This document shows, piece after piece, positions 26,695-40,054 of a DNA stretch of 64,000 bases (positions are counted from its first letter, which is position 1; every line of letters starts with the position of its first letter). A program made the translations under genes and the position numbers. The stretch is from Macrostomum lignano. Its lineage: Eukaryota. Under the pieces are notes generated by a model. The model was not told the origin of the DNA, made no database searches, and saw only the letters and a program-made list of their open reading frames with translations. The stretch lies in NCBI GenBank assembly GCA_002269645.1, contig NIVC01000012.1, positions 1,426,001 to 1,490,000 of the forward strand. The letters are read 5' to 3'.

Positions 26695-27062
26695 CTTCTT
26701 TCTCCTCTCCTCTCCTGTCCTCTCCTCTTCTCTCCTGTAGTCTCCTCTCCTCTCTTCCTGTCCTCTTTTCTCCTCTCCTCCTCTCTCCTCTTCTCTCTTC
26801 TCTCCTCCCCTCTCCTCTTGTCTCTTCTCTCCTCTCCTTTCCTCTTCTCTCCTCTCATCTCCTTTCCTCTTCTCTCCTCTCATCTCCTTTCCTATTCTCT
26901 CCTCTCCTCTCATCTTCTCTCATCTCCTCTCATCTTCTCTTCTCTTCTCTCCTCTCCTCTCCTCTCCTCTCCTCTCCTCTCCTCTCCTCTCTTCTCCTCT
27001 CCTCTTCTCTCCTCTCCTCTCCTCTCATCTTCTCTCCTCTTCTCTCCTCTCCTCTCCTTTCC
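26695..27062 (+). repeat. (CTCCT/CTCTT)n pyrimidine tract
   Basis: Directly visible. Confidence 0.95.
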
Positions 27063-29302
27063 TCTGCTGTCTTGTCCTTCGCATGAGTCAACTTTGAACA
27101 ATGGTAGATTGTATAGTATACAAGTGCATTGTATTTATACTTTCACTCAACGCGCAGTCATTATTCCACACTTTTGTCGCTGTAATTATCACAGAACTGT
27201 GGTCATTATTCCACAATTTTTCATCACGCTTCAATTGGCTGTTTTAAGAGTTATTTTACCCATAGACAACTGAGTTGTGTGTCTTAGTTTGACCATAGAC
27301 ACACTGTGATGAGTGCTGATTTTGCTTGCGTCTTGCGAGTAGGAAAGCGAGTAGTGAGAGAAAAAGCTATTTGTCTTGTCAAACAACCATGGCTGGTGCA
27401 TCTCGTCAAACAGCCGCGCTTATTAATTGGAAAAATCTTCTTGTCGACGACTGAACGAACCTTGCGGCGCTACCTAGGAAGAAAACGCGACCATGCAGTA
27501 CAAATCAAAACTGTGTAATAATGGCCAAAATATTTTGTTATTGCGTCTGGGTAAAAGTATAATTACAATGGATCTTCAAGACCTCCATATGCACATACAC
27601 ATTTGCATGTCATATCTCTCAACACAAGATAAATTTCATGCAAATTACTTCGGACAGAGACTTAGGCAAACTAGACGAATGCTCCGAAAAAAGTTGAAAG
27701 CAGTTTCATCAAAAGACTGGAGATCGTGCGATAAATGTTGAATACATAAATTTGCATATTCTCTCAATGGAAAAATTACTAAACTTGAGACAATTCTAGC
27801 CTGTACTAAATCTACTAAAGAGTTGGTTCTTTGCAGTTGAAAAACTTTCTCAGCCTTCATTAACCCGATTCTGTCTCCCAACTGGCTTTAGCCCCTCAAT
27901 CGGTCTCTGTCGCCTACTACTTTTTTTTGTCCACGCTTGTCTCGGCCTGTTTCCCTTCCCTCTCCCGCGTGCCGTGACTTCAGTCTGCCAGCCACCCCGA
28001 TGCCAGAGGGCACGTCCGGCCTTCTGCTGTAGGGTTTTTTTGTGCACGGCCCGCACTGGTGGTTGAAGGCTGTGGACACAAAAAGACATTTGCCATGCCT
28101 ACTCCTGCCCACCTGCCGACCTTGTTAACCTGCTGAGGTTGGTCCTAGCTATATTATATGCTTAATACATGTGGTAGCACTGCGAGGCAGCTGTGTGTGT
28201 GAGGGAGAGAACACAGAAAGGGAAGGAAAAGATTGCGGAGCTGGAACATCTATCTGCGCTAAAGTAGGTTTCCCCAACTGTACAGTGTCCTTCGCCTTCC
28301 CTATTGCTCTTCCCCTCATCCCCTCTCCCCCTTCTCTCTCGCTCCCTAATCCTGGTATTAGTCGCCTCTCCGGTATTTATCTGCGCTGCATGTCCCTCCC
28401 AATGCTGTCTATTTTTTCTAGTGTACTGACGAATGCCTTCTCTCTCTCTCCCTCCTCTCCTCCCTCTCCTTCTTCGTAGCTCAACAACAAGGCCTTAGTC
28501 GGCGCATTCTATAAAATATCCATTTTTAGTCGCCCAACCCGACTGAGAGGGACAGACAGGGAATGGGAGGTCCAGCCTCCCCCTTAGTCAGTCGGGCAGC
28601 CCCTCCGTCCTTCTGCCCAGTTTTCACTGCATCCATTCAGCTGATCAGCAAGAGGGTAGCCGCGCGAGGGTTAGAAAATCTCGGACTGAACGGAAGGGTA
28701 GGAGGGTTCGAAGGGTGAGGGGGAGACCTGAGATACGCATATATGGCGTCAACCCCCTCTCCTCAACGCCCACACTCATCCTGCAGCCTCCGTCATCGCC
28801 AAAGCCACACTCCAACAGCCTCCACAAAAGGCCTAAGTCTGGTTTGGTCAGCGCGTCTCTCCCTTCCTCTTTCTCGCTCTTCCCTACTCCTCAGCAGAGC
28901 TCAGCCCCCACCCCAGGCCCAGCAGCCCTTCATCATTGCCAGCGCCGCACTCTCTTGCTAAGTCGACTCACTCAAGCCGCTTCATCCCGCCATCTATGCT
29001 GCCCTCGTTAGCTCAGCAGCCCACCGCAGAGCTTCTTTTTTCTAGTCTAACTTTCTCACCCCTTCCTTTTTTTGCCCACCTCAGTCTATCAAACCCCCAC
29101 CTTACAGCCTTGTAGGCTGCTCCCGTCTTCTGCTTCTGCGCTAGCATTACTGAACAATTTCGCCTTCTCTACCGAGTTAGCTGGTTCTCAGTTCTCAGTT
29201 CTCAATTCTCAGTCAGAGTCAGCTTGCGTAGTAAAGTTTTCTTAAAAATTCCCCGACAAAATAAGTCTAGAAGCAGCCAAGAAGACAGTCCAGAATTCAA
29301 TC

Positions 29303-29411
29303 ATGGACATGGCCTCGTTTGCACGCGCCTGCGTGGACTTCTCGCACAACATCCGCAATCTGCGCATCAGTGGTAGCAGCAAAAGCGCCACCAGCGCCAA
29401 CAACTCAACTG

Positions 29412-29450
<39 letters not shown>

Positions 29451-32400
29451 CTCATCAGTCGTCAGATGGCAAGCTGAATGGCCAGTCAGGAACTCCCGGT
29501 AGTCCTCTGATATCTCGCTCGGGCAATGGCAGCAGCAGCAGCGGAGGCGGCAGCAGCGGCGGCGGTGCAACAGTGGCCGCCATCAAGCAGCGCCTGTTCA
29601 ATCAGGGCCTGAAGATCGACTTGACGCCAAGGCGACGCCGGACTCGCTACCGGGACTACATGCGGGCCAAGCTGGCCACCAAGGGGCCGCCAATACCAGC
29701 CGGAGAGCTGCTCCACGCTGCTTGGTTCGTTAGACTCATCGCCCGCTACCTAAGCCCCTACGAGGCCAGCCGCGTTTGCTCAGTGTGCTCAGTATGGCGC
29801 GATGTTCTCTACGACCTGCCGTTCTGGCGCGAGCTCCGCCTCTGCCTGCCGATCCGACAGTTGAAGGAGGACGTCCCGCTGCTCAGCCGATGCTGCGACA
29901 GCCTCGCGCAGCGCTGCATCGACTCTGTGAAGTTGGTCAATTTCTCGGACGACTGTTTGAGCACCTTTCTAATTCAGATTGCCAGCGTTGAGAAGCGAGT
30001 TGCCGAGCTGTCTTTGCACAATTGCACCATCACCGACAAGGGACTGGAGACTCTGATTGATTCGTTTTCTAATCTGACCTCCCTCTGCTTGGTCGGCTGC
30101 AACGATCTGTCTGAGGTCGGCCTGTGGTCGTCGCTGTCGCCCAAGCTGACCAACCTCACGGTCACCGATTGCATCAACGTGTCGGACGAAAGCGTAGCAG
30201 CGATCACTCAGCTGTTGCCGAATCTGACCTGCCTTGAGCTGCAGGGCTACCACGTGACTGACAATGCCATGACTCTGTTTAGCAGCAAGCAGGCAGCCGC
30301 TATTGCGAAGCTGACGCTTAACAGCTGCTGGGAGCTGACTAACCAGGGCGTGCTTAATTTGGCTAGCAGCATGCCTCACCTGCAGGAGCTGTCACTCAGC
30401 GGCTGCTCAAAGATCACCGACGATGCTGTTGACTGCATTACTGAGCACATGAAACAGCTGCGCTCTCTGGATCTCAGCTGGTGTCAGAAGCTTACGGACG
30501 TGTCGCTAGAGTGCATTGCCTGCGATCTGGGCCTGTTGGAGAGGCTGCAACTCGACAGGTAGGTCATAAATCAGGGGTCCGCAAACTTTTTGCCTCAAGG
30601 GGCAGATAGAGAACCTAGGGCATGACTGCAGGCCTGAGGAAGGGACAAAGAAGAGGAAATTACGAAGAGAAATAGGAGAAAGGAGGAGAGGGAATAAAGG
30701 AGACGAGAGGAGAGAAGAGAAGGAGAGGAGAGGAGAGGAGAGGAGAGGAGAGGAGAGGAGAGGAGAGGAGAGGAGAGGAGAGGAGAGGAGAGGAGAGGAG
30801 AGGAGAGGAGAGGAGAGGAGAGGAGAGGAGAGGAGAGGAGAGGAGAGGAGAGGAGAGGAGAGGAGAGGAGAGGAGAGGAGAGGAGAGGAGAGGAGAGGAG
30901 AGGAGAGGAGAGGAGAGGAGAGGAGAGGAGAGAGGAGAGGAGAGGATAGGAGAGGAGAGGAGAACAGAGAAGTGACAGAAGAGAGCTGAGCAGAGACACA
31001 AACCCTGAGCGGGCCGCGTTGCCATGGTGAAGCTCCAAAGGACCCGAGGGCCGGATAGAGAGGCTTCGCGGGCCGCAAGGCCACACAGGCCGGAGTTTGC
31101 CGACCTCTGTCATAAGTGAAGAACACACGTCACGTCAAATCGATGCCGGATAGACATTTTAAGCAGTCAAATCAGTTCATTCGACAGTAAGCTGTCGCAT
31201 GGCAGTCTTTCTTCCCGGATCCAATTGCGTTGTTCCAGTTTGATAGCAATTTCTTTAGACTATGGTGAGGTATAGGCTATGCATGGTGACCAAATAGATA
31301 AGAGAAAGTCGATAAATACTCTCAAGGCTCTCAACTCCACCAAGCTACATGTAAAGGTCAGTTCACACAAATTTTACATGAAAAGTTAAATTCAAAACAA
31401 AACAAAATATTGTTTTGATTATCTCTGCATTATTTACTCGTAGAATCTCTATAGAGTTTGCTGCAAACACGCATTTTAAAGTTCCATATAAACATACGGT
31501 ACAATCTTAGGGTTTGGTTTGAAATTTGTAACTCCCACGAAGGTCCCGCATGACATCGTCAAAACAGGGCTGCTACTGAAAGCTTCGGAGGTGCAGGTCT
31601 GCCCCTGATCGAGATAAGGAAGCTGGGAGAATCGCCTAGCTTTAATTTATGGTTATAGATTTTGGCGCCGAAATCTTTTTTTTATGATTTTTCAACGCCA
31701 CGTCGTCCTGATTCTTTCTGTAGCAATGAAGCAGCGTGTCAGAAATTCGGTACAGTTCGTGTCGCCGAAATTTCCCCTGACTCTCTGGGATCCGTCCGCG
31801 CTGCTACAATAATTCAAATGATTGCCAACAGTCGAAAATGTATAAATTTCTATCCTGCCCACAGGTGCACAACCATATCAGATATCGGAGTTGGATACTT
31901 GTCTACAATGCCGAGGCTGCGCGTACTGTGTCTGCGCTGGTGTTCCTCGCTCAGCGACACTTCGCTACGACATATTCTGAACATTCGGACGCTTGGCTTT
32001 CTATCTATTGCTGGTGAGTGAAATTCTGTTTTCTGGGAATTAAAGCAAGAGATCTACAGTGAGCTTGTGTTTAACTACACATGAGACAGGGATGGCTGCA
32101 CAAGTTGGGGTGGTTGGGGCAAGGGAGTGAGGTGGCTGCACAAGTTGTGGTGGTTGGGGCAAGGGATTGAGGTGGCTGCACAAGTTGGGGTGGTTGGGGC
32201 AAGGGACTGAGGTGGCTGCACAAGTTGGGGTGGTTGGGGCAAGGGATTGAGGTGGCTGCACAAGTTGGGGTGGTTGGGGCAAGGGAGTGAGGTGGCTGCA
32301 CAATTTAGGCTGGTTGGGGCAAGGGAGTGAGGTGGCTGCACAATTTAGGCTGGTTGGGGCAAGGGAGTGAGGTGGCTGCACAATTTAGGCTGGTTGGGGC

Positions 32401-32776
32401 AAGGGATTGAGGGGGCTGCACAAGTTGGGGTGGTTGGGGCAAGGGAGTGAGGTGGCTGCACAAGTTGGGGTGGTTGGGGCAAGGGAGTGAGGTGGCTGCA
32501 CAAGTTGGGGTGGTTGGGGCAAGGGAGTGAGGTGGCTGCACAAGTTGGGGTGGTTGGGGCAAGGGATTGAGGTGGCTGCAAAATCTTACGTAAGACCTGC
32601 ACAACGTTGCTCCCCCCGCTCCAACAGGCGTGAGCAGAATGACAGGCGACGGCCTGTGCAATTTGATTCGCCTACAGCAGCTGCACAATCTGGAGGTAAC
32701 TAATTGCCCTGCCGCCACCTGCCAGGTGCGAGGATTCCTAAGCATGAACATGCCGCAGTGCCGCGTTATTCACTGA
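29303..32776 (+). CDS. FBXL16: F-box/LRR-repeat protein 16 (517 aa)
   Basis: Exons 29303-30558, 31865-32013 and 32628-32776 (phases 2 and 1). GCNDLSEVGLWSSL..DCINVSD..AITQLLPNL..YHVTD..SCWELTNQGV..LSGCSKITDD..LDLSWC..IACDL..LDR|C..LRWC..TNCP..CRVI is recognisably FBXL16. Confidence 0.95.
30572..31109. mobile_element. hAT/Charlie-like MITE containing a (GGAGA)n expansion, in FBXL16 intron 1
   Basis: TIR CAGGGGTCCGCAAACT / CAGAGGTCGGCAAACT (14/16); TSD TCATAAAT / TCATAAGT. Confidence 0.85.
32090..32580 (+). repeat. 40-bp G-rich minisatellite in FBXL16 intron 2
   Basis: (CAAGTTGGGGTGGTTGGGGCAAGGGAGTGAGGTGGCTGCA) x about 12. Confidence 0.97.
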
Positions 32777-34571
32777 TGATGGAATCCAACTCCTAGGAGA
32801 AGCAAAAAATGGCAGATTAGCTGCCATTAATAATTCTGCGCCTACAAAACAATCTTAATTAGCTCTACGAAAGCGGAGACGATAAAAACAAAACAATAAA
32901 ATTCCGCGATATTTTGTCCAACCCAGTGTTCAATCCCTGGATCGTATCTCACACTGTTGAATTCCGGTCTTGAATACGAGTAGGTTTGCCATCTAGTCGT
33001 TTTATTGTCCACTTTGTCTGTTTATTGTTTGTTTGTTGCCTTGGTTGCAAATTTCTTTTGGATAGGTATTACTCGGGCAGCTCAAGCGGAAAGTTGAAGA
33101 CACCCGACACCGTCAATGGAGCATTTTTGCAGATAAATTCGAACGATTTTCGAGTGCAGATCAGTCCTTTCTGCTTTAGCTGCTCGAGTAAACCACGTGC
33201 ATTCTGTTCTTTGAAATAAAAGTACATACAGACTCAATTTGCTCATGTGGCACTTACTATCCTACTAAGTCGCTTGGTTACAAAAATCAGATGCACCAAT
33301 GGCATTTCACTCAATTTCACAGAAGTTAAAATTACCAATCAATTATTGTGATTCTTGCACTTTTTTCGCGTAAAAAAGCAAAGTGGCAAAGTGGCTATTA
33401 ATGAAAGCTTCGTTGGAATTTTAAATTTGCAGTGCATACTTTTAACTCTTGTGCCACCTTTTGATTGAAATTTTATTGATTCTACCTGAGTAAATTGTCC
33501 GTCAGCGTGAAGTCTCTATTGTTCAACTGTCATTTGTCTGTATCCTGGACTGCTCCATAGACCATAGAAACATTTAAATTCTGAAAAATTCAGTAAAATT
33601 ACTCTAGTTTCAACTTTGCTGACGTATACTACTAAAATAGTAGTGCAATGTTTTTATTGGTTTGGTCAGTTGTGCGGAACCTGTTTAAAAATAATTCCTT
33701 CTACCGTTTATTTCCAACGTCAGTTTATCTGTGTACCTCTCCTTGTTAATTACTTGTTGCACTTAATCTCTTTGCTCGCTCACGCTCTGTCTGCAACATG
33801 TGTTCTGCTGCTTTGTCGAGCATGCTCAGATGTCACTCCGTGTTGTGTACATAAGTAGTATATGACGACTTTTTCTGGCGATGACACGAAAAAAGTTGTC
33901 CATGTGTTAAAATAAAATACTTTGAAAGTATATCCAATATTTCCTTCGTGGGGTACGGTATATCTCTGTTGGGACTGTTACATGTAGTTTTGAGGATCCC
34001 ATTAATGGTTTTCATTTTGGTACCGCGGCTCAATAGACATTTGCAGCACACCGGAAATTTCTGCAGTGTCCTTCCCTCCGAATACCCTGCTGTCATTCAG
34101 GATAATACCGAAGTGGCTGGACATTTCCCGCTTCCAGGAGTTCGCGGAGGAGGCCGCGGAGCCCCCTGCAGCTATAAATCCGCCCCTACTGACTCTACAT
34201 GTGTACACCGTCAACAACAAGGAATAGAAAAGTCAGTTAGTCGGCTTTAGAAGCTTGTTCAAAGTTGGAAATGAATTCTTACATATTTTTAAAGCCTTCC
34301 TCTGAGAGTTCCAACGCTGCTGACCACCAGCTAGGTACGTTAATCCAAAAAAATAAAACTGTTGCAACTGAACGTGATAAGCTGTCATCTTTGGTGGATT
34401 TTTCACCATATGCAAGTGCACAGCAGCAAGGGGTAAAGAGAGCAATGCGCAACTCACACGCATTAATGTAAACTCTTTAAGTACGCAATAAATTATTGTT
34501 ATAATTAAATGCCATGATTACCCCTGCTGAAATAATCTGTCTAAATACCTCGACTTCGCACAACACTCCTT

Positions 34572-35103
34572 ACCTGTCTCTTCGTGGGGCGCCCCTGTCT
34601 CTTCGTGGGGTGCCCCTGTCTCTTCGTGGGGTGCCCCTGTCTCTTCGTGGGGTGCCCCTGTCTCTTCGTTGGCCCCCTGTCTCTTGGTGGGTGCCCCTGT
34701 CTCTTGGTGGGTGCTCCCGACTCTTGGTGGGCACCCCTGTCTCTTGGTGGCGCCCCTGTCTCTTCGTTGGCCCCCTGTCTCTTGGTGGGTGCTCCCGACT
34801 CTTGGTGGGCACCCCTGTCTCTTGGTAGGCACCCCTGTCTCTTGGTAGGCACCCCTGTCTCTTGGTAGGCACCCCTGTCTCTTGGTGGGCGCCCCTGTCT
34901 CTTGGTGGACGCCCCTGTCTCTTGGTGGGTGCTCCCGACTCTTGGTGGGCGCCCCTGTTTCTCGATGGGCGTCCCTGTCTCTTCGTTGGCGCCCCTGTTT
35001 CTCAGTGGGCGCCCGTCTCCTGGTCTCTTGGTAGGCAACCCTGTCTCTTGGTACCCCTGTCTCTTGTTGGTAGGCGCCCCTGTCTCTTGGTGGGCGGCCC
35101 TGT
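34572..35103 (+). repeat. 20-21-bp minisatellite (GCCCCTGTCTCTTGGTGGGC-like)
   Basis: Directly visible; it explains the ORFs at 34514-35192. Confidence 0.95.
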
Positions 35104-35327
35104 CTCGATCTATACATGTGAATGCCCTGTACGAGATGTGGTTTAAAAATGGACATCGAGGCAGCTGGTCCTTTATTTAAGCTTATATCCATTCGATCAC
35201 AAAACTAGCCTATTATTTAATAAAAGTCTATTTTGCTTTCCGCTTAAATTTTATCAATCAATGATGAAAATAATTAGATCCATGATGGGACTTATGATGG
35301 AATGAGGAATATCATGGTGGATATGAT

Positions 35328-35968
35328 CAGGGGCGTAGCCAGGAATTTTGATTGGGGGGGGGGCCCGTGAGTTAGGGGGCGCCAGCTTCTTATAGGGGGG
35401 GGCGCCAGTTTCTTTTAGAGGGGGGGCGCCAGTTTCTTTTAGGGGGCGCCAGTTTCTTATAGGAGGCGCCAGTTTCTTTTAGGAGGGGGGGCGCCAGTTT
35501 CTTTTAGGGGGGGGGCGCCAGTTTCTTTTAGGGGGCGCCAGTTTCTTATAGGGGGCGCCAGTTTCTTTTAGGAGGGGGGGCGCCAGTTTCTTTTACCGGG
35601 GGGGGGCGCTAGTTTCTTTTAGAGGGGGGCGCCAGTTTCTTTTAGGGGGAGCGCCAGTTTCTTTTAGGGGGGCGCCAGTTTCTTTTAGGGGGCGCCAGTT
35701 TCTTATAGGGGGCGCCAGTTTCTTTTAGGAGGGGGGGCGCCAGTTTCTTTTAGGGGGGGGGGGCGCCAGTTTCTTTTAGGGGGGCGCCAGTTTCTTATAG
35801 GGGGCGCCAGTTTCTTTTAGGAGGGGGGGCGCCAGTTTCTTTTACCGGGGGGGGGCGCTAGTTTCTTTTAGGGGGGCGCCAGTTTCTTTTAGGGGGGGCG
35901 CCAAGGCCAGAGTTGGTGATTAAGGGGGGGCCACGGCCCCCCTTGCCCCCCCTCTGGCTACGCCCCTG
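35328..35968. mobile_element. hAT-type MITE with an internal G-run minisatellite
   Basis: Perfect 15-bp TIR CAGGGGCGTAGCCAG / CTGGCTACGCCCCTG; perfect TSD GATATGAT; internal (G)nCGCCAGTTTCTTTTAG repeats. Confidence 0.93.
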
Positions 35969-36962
35969 GATATGATAGAAACCCTGATGGAAATAATAGA
36001 ACACCATGGAGGAAATAATTAACTGAATTAAATACACTTACTTGCCCCTACACACTTTTTGCGCCCCCCAGCTTAAATTGCAGGCGCCCCTTATACTCAT
36101 GTTGGCGCCCCAAACTTGGACCGCCCCCCCACAGAAATGAAACTCTAGATTTGCCTCTGTGTAGAGGCTAGTGCACCTGTCTGTACCGATCCAGCTATTT
36201 TTTACCATCAATACTTTTTAAATGCGGCCAAGGACTTAAGAAGTTCAACGAAGTAATTATTCGGCAGGATTATTCGGGAAATAATTCAGCAGAAAAAATA
36301 TCCCTGGCGCTGTCGAGCGATGTGCAAGCATTTGGTCAACTGCCAACTGGTGTGACAAACTATAATAATATAAAAGCTGCCGCCGTAAAATATAACACAT
36401 GGGACTTAGATGTCAATTCTTAAAGCGGCAATGTGGTAAAACAAACCGATTAATAAAGTTTTTAGTGTCTTAAGTTGTAAACTGAGCACGTTGGCAAAGT
36501 ATGTTTTATAATGTATTTGTTCAAAGTCACAATTTAAAATCAAAACCTTGAAAACATTCATTTAATTACCAATACAAATACGGCTTGCAAGTACTACTTT
36601 AGTACTATGCGTTTCTTGGAAAATTTTAGGAGGCAACTTGGTCTTAACGAAAAATAACAGTACGGAGACAGGATGTTTTATTTTTCAGCACAAAAATGGT
36701 CATTTATCTTGATAGAAATGACTCAAATGGGACCCAGTGTTCATCTTTTGATATTTTAATTATCATATAAAGCTTTTCGTTTAGAAAATTAGTATTCTAT
36801 CAATCTATCTTATGCTAGGCCTATGTACAATCATAATCATATAGGCATAGCTAGGCCTATAGGTGTTGTGTATGATGTAGGTACTGTCCTATGCCTAAAA
36901 TAATTAAAATAGCACAGCTGGACTCTTTAGTTTCAGAAACCTATTTTATAATTCTGTTACAT

Positions 36963-37635
36963 CAGGAGTTAGCAAACTTTTTTGCCTCAATGGCTGGATA
37001 AATAATCTCTAAGGGTAGTGGGTAGGCTAGTGCATTGCATTGCATTGTGCTGTGCATGTGCATGGCATGACTGTGGGCCAGAGGAGGGGGAGAGGAGATG
37101 GTCAAAGGAAATAAAGAAGATAAGGCCTAGGCTACTACCCTACTAGGTAGAAAAGATAGAAGAAGAAAGGCAAGGGAATATAGAAAAAGAATGATAAAGA
37201 AAAGAGAGAAGAAAAAAAGATGGGAAAGGAAAGGATGAAAATAATTGAAAAAATTGTATATAAATTTCTAGTTGGCTATAAACTAAGAAGTTATATATGA
37301 TTAATAATTAGGGCCTAATAACTCTCCTAGCCTTTTGCTAGTCATCTTTATTAACATACATGCGCAACCCCCCCCCCTGATTTACACTGGCCATGTGACT
37401 TACTTTTTGACCAAAAATGCAACTTACCTATGAAAAAACCCTAAAGCAAAATTAACACAATTTTGGGTAAACATCAGAAGTAACTATAACTGTTTTATAA
37501 AGGCTAAATGCCTTGTCATCTAATTAGTACTATATCTGTATCTGTATTCTTTGGGATGGGCATTTTTGCAACTTACCCCTGGTCTACCACAATTTACGGT
37601 GGCTGGATCGGCCAGTTCGGCCAGCAGTTGCGCAT
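36963..37635. mobile_element. Diverged copy of the Charlie-like MITE at 30572
   Basis: CAGGAGTTAGCAAACTTTTTTGCCTCAA resembles CAGGGGTCCGCAAACTTTTTGCCTCAA and has a purine-rich interior; the right end is only weakly recognisable. Confidence 0.45.
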
Positions 37636-38014
37636 ATACAAGCTATGTTTATTAAGGCAAACATATTAATAGGCCTAGTTCAATATATTATATTTGGTGT
37701 AAGACCAAGATGGCCACACACCAAGATGGCCACAGCTGGGGTGGGGGTCACGGAAAATGACAGCTGGTTTACTATTGGATAGCTTTGGGTGGGGAGATGT
37801 GGGGTTGCAATGGGGGGGTTTAGACAGGCAGTCAAAAATGGTCACGAGTCTTAATTTCCTACTTATAGTAAGGCCCTAAGAGGTATAAACGTATTTTGCA
37901 TTAAACAAATCTCTTCTTCATATAAAATCTGGTGTAGCTTTTTTCCATTTCTCTTATTGGTTGAGATAAATACATTTTCTCAGTCCTATAATCTTTAATG
38001 GCATGACACGGCCT

Positions 38015-38218
38015 TCACACATGGGGGCTCCAAGGCCTCCACGCTCCTTCCAGTGATTTTTTAGAATAGTCTTTGGCTCTTAGCAAAGACAGCGCACTGC
38101 CCCCATCCACCAGAAGGTGGGTGGGCACATTCTCAATTGGATATTCTACAACAATATCTCTCCCGCGTTGCCTTCTAGCTGGCCTCAGCTGGTACAAGTC
38201 GGGCACTTTTTCAAACAT
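38015..38218 (-). pseudogene. Retropepsin-like aspartic protease fragment (LTR-element relic)
   Basis: IVVEYPIENVPTHLLVDGGSALSLL resembles the V.I.G...LVD[TS]GS..S motif; it is isolated and short. Confidence 0.45.
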
Positions 38219-38559
38219 AGGCTTCTTTCCTATGTTTGCTATCTATCTTTCCTATCTTTCCTTCTTTCCTAAGGGGAGAGAGTGGAGACCAGAGATAAAT
38301 GAGAAGAGAGAGCAAAGATGAAAGAGAAGAGAGGTGAGGGAAGATCGACAAGAGAAGATGGGAGAGAGGAGATAAGAAAGAAGAGAAGAGAAGAGAGAGA
38401 GAGAAGAGAGAGAGGAAACAAAAGAGAAGATAGAAGTTTCAAAGGATCCAAGGGACATAGAGAGACAGCAGGCCAGAGATTTTGCCAATACATGTTTTCG
38501 AAAGACAAGTTTTTGTTCGAGTATGATTTCAGATTTTAGAACTAGATATAAGCTGAGCT

Positions 38560-38820
38560 GAGAGAGAAGATGAAAGTAGAGGCTGAGAGTAGAGAGAGGC
38601 TGAGAGCAGAGAGGGGCTGAGAGCAGAGAGGGGCTGAGAGTAGAGAGGGGCTGAGAGCAGAGAGGGGCTGAGAGTAGAGAGAGGCTGAGAGCAGAGAGGG
38701 GCTGAGAGCAGAGAGGGGCTGAGAGTAGAGAGGGGCTGGGGATAGAGGTTGAGAGTGGATAGAGGCTGAGAGTAGAGAGAGGCTGAGAATAGAGAGGTTG
38801 AGAGTAGATAGAGGCTGAGA
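38560..38820 (+). repeat. 17-bp GA-rich minisatellite (GAGAGCAGAGAGGGGCT)n
   Basis: Directly visible; an AG-rich tract also lies at 38250-38460. Confidence 0.9.
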
Positions 38821-40054
38821 GTATTTTTTGTAATTTTTGTATTTAGGCTATGCATACCAAACACAATTAATTATATATTAGGCCCAGTGAACAATGCAAA
38901 TCACAGCACTTAACAAATCTGCATGCTACTATACTAGTAGACAAAAATTGTCAAAATTGCAAAAAATTAGATGAAAAATGGTGTAATAATTATGCAATTC
39001 TTACAGTTTATTGTAGTCCAATAAAATGTAATTTTGTCAATTTTGATTAATTTAATTATAATTTTCATAATTTGCTTTCTGTAAGAAATTTTAATTTTTA
39101 CAATTCATGTAATTTATTGTAATCCAAAATTTAACTATAATGTACTTTAGAACTACAAGTATAAAGCCCAAATTTCTAAACATCAGTACATATAGTAAAT
39201 AGTTAAGTGAGAATTTATATTAATCTTAATTTCAAAACACTGATTGAGTTAACATTAAAGAAGTAACATAGGAGACATTATGCAGTACAATGCAAGTACG
39301 TTTTACTGCAATCGATTTTCTACCATTAAGATGGTACTACGCACTAGATATTATTATTATCATTAATATTATTAGGAACAGAACTAGCAATAATGCCCCC
39401 TTTGGGGCAGCCACTTTAAAACAACCTTCAAAGAAACTTTTAAAGCTTTAGTTAAAAGCATTCTTTACTAAAATAATAATTGATTGGAAAGTTACAAATT
39501 TAGTTACAAAAGTTACAAACTTAATAAAGTTACTGCAAATGGTAAAATTTTCGCAGTGGCTAACATATTGCATAGAGAACAAAAAACCTACAATCATGTT
39601 TACATAGAAAAAGCTAGCTTGCTCAATTAGTATGCCAGTATCTCAAAATGAAATGATATCGCACCAGCCAATAATTTGATATTGCATTACAGGCTTGCAG
39701 TTGCAATAACCCTAATTCTGGTTTGCAATAATTCCCCAGTTAGATTGTCAATAATTATGTGCTGATTCAAGAGAATTTGTAATCAAATAGTGCATTGCTA
39801 AAATCAATCCCACAGACATTTCACTTTTAGTATAGTTGATTGATAGTAGGAAAAAAAAAAGCAAATCAAAGTAAAGAAAAAACAAAAGCAGACAATGTAT
39901 GTTAGGGAAATGAAAAACATGTCACATCTGCAAGAAAGAAACCTAGTGGTACTTAGCAAAAAAGTCCACAGGTGAGACAACTGTATAACTTTTGTTCAAA
40001 AAGGTAGAGATAAAGTCACACATGGGCAAATTAAAGCAGAAACATTAATTAGAG

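Noticed and set aside
27300-28960. Several 60-100 aa ORFs upstream of FBXL16
   Set aside because: No recognisable domain or splice-consistent exon chain; possibly decayed transposon or UTR sequence.
33616-34471. Cluster of short ORFs on both strands
   Set aside because: No motif or coherent exon structure could be supported.
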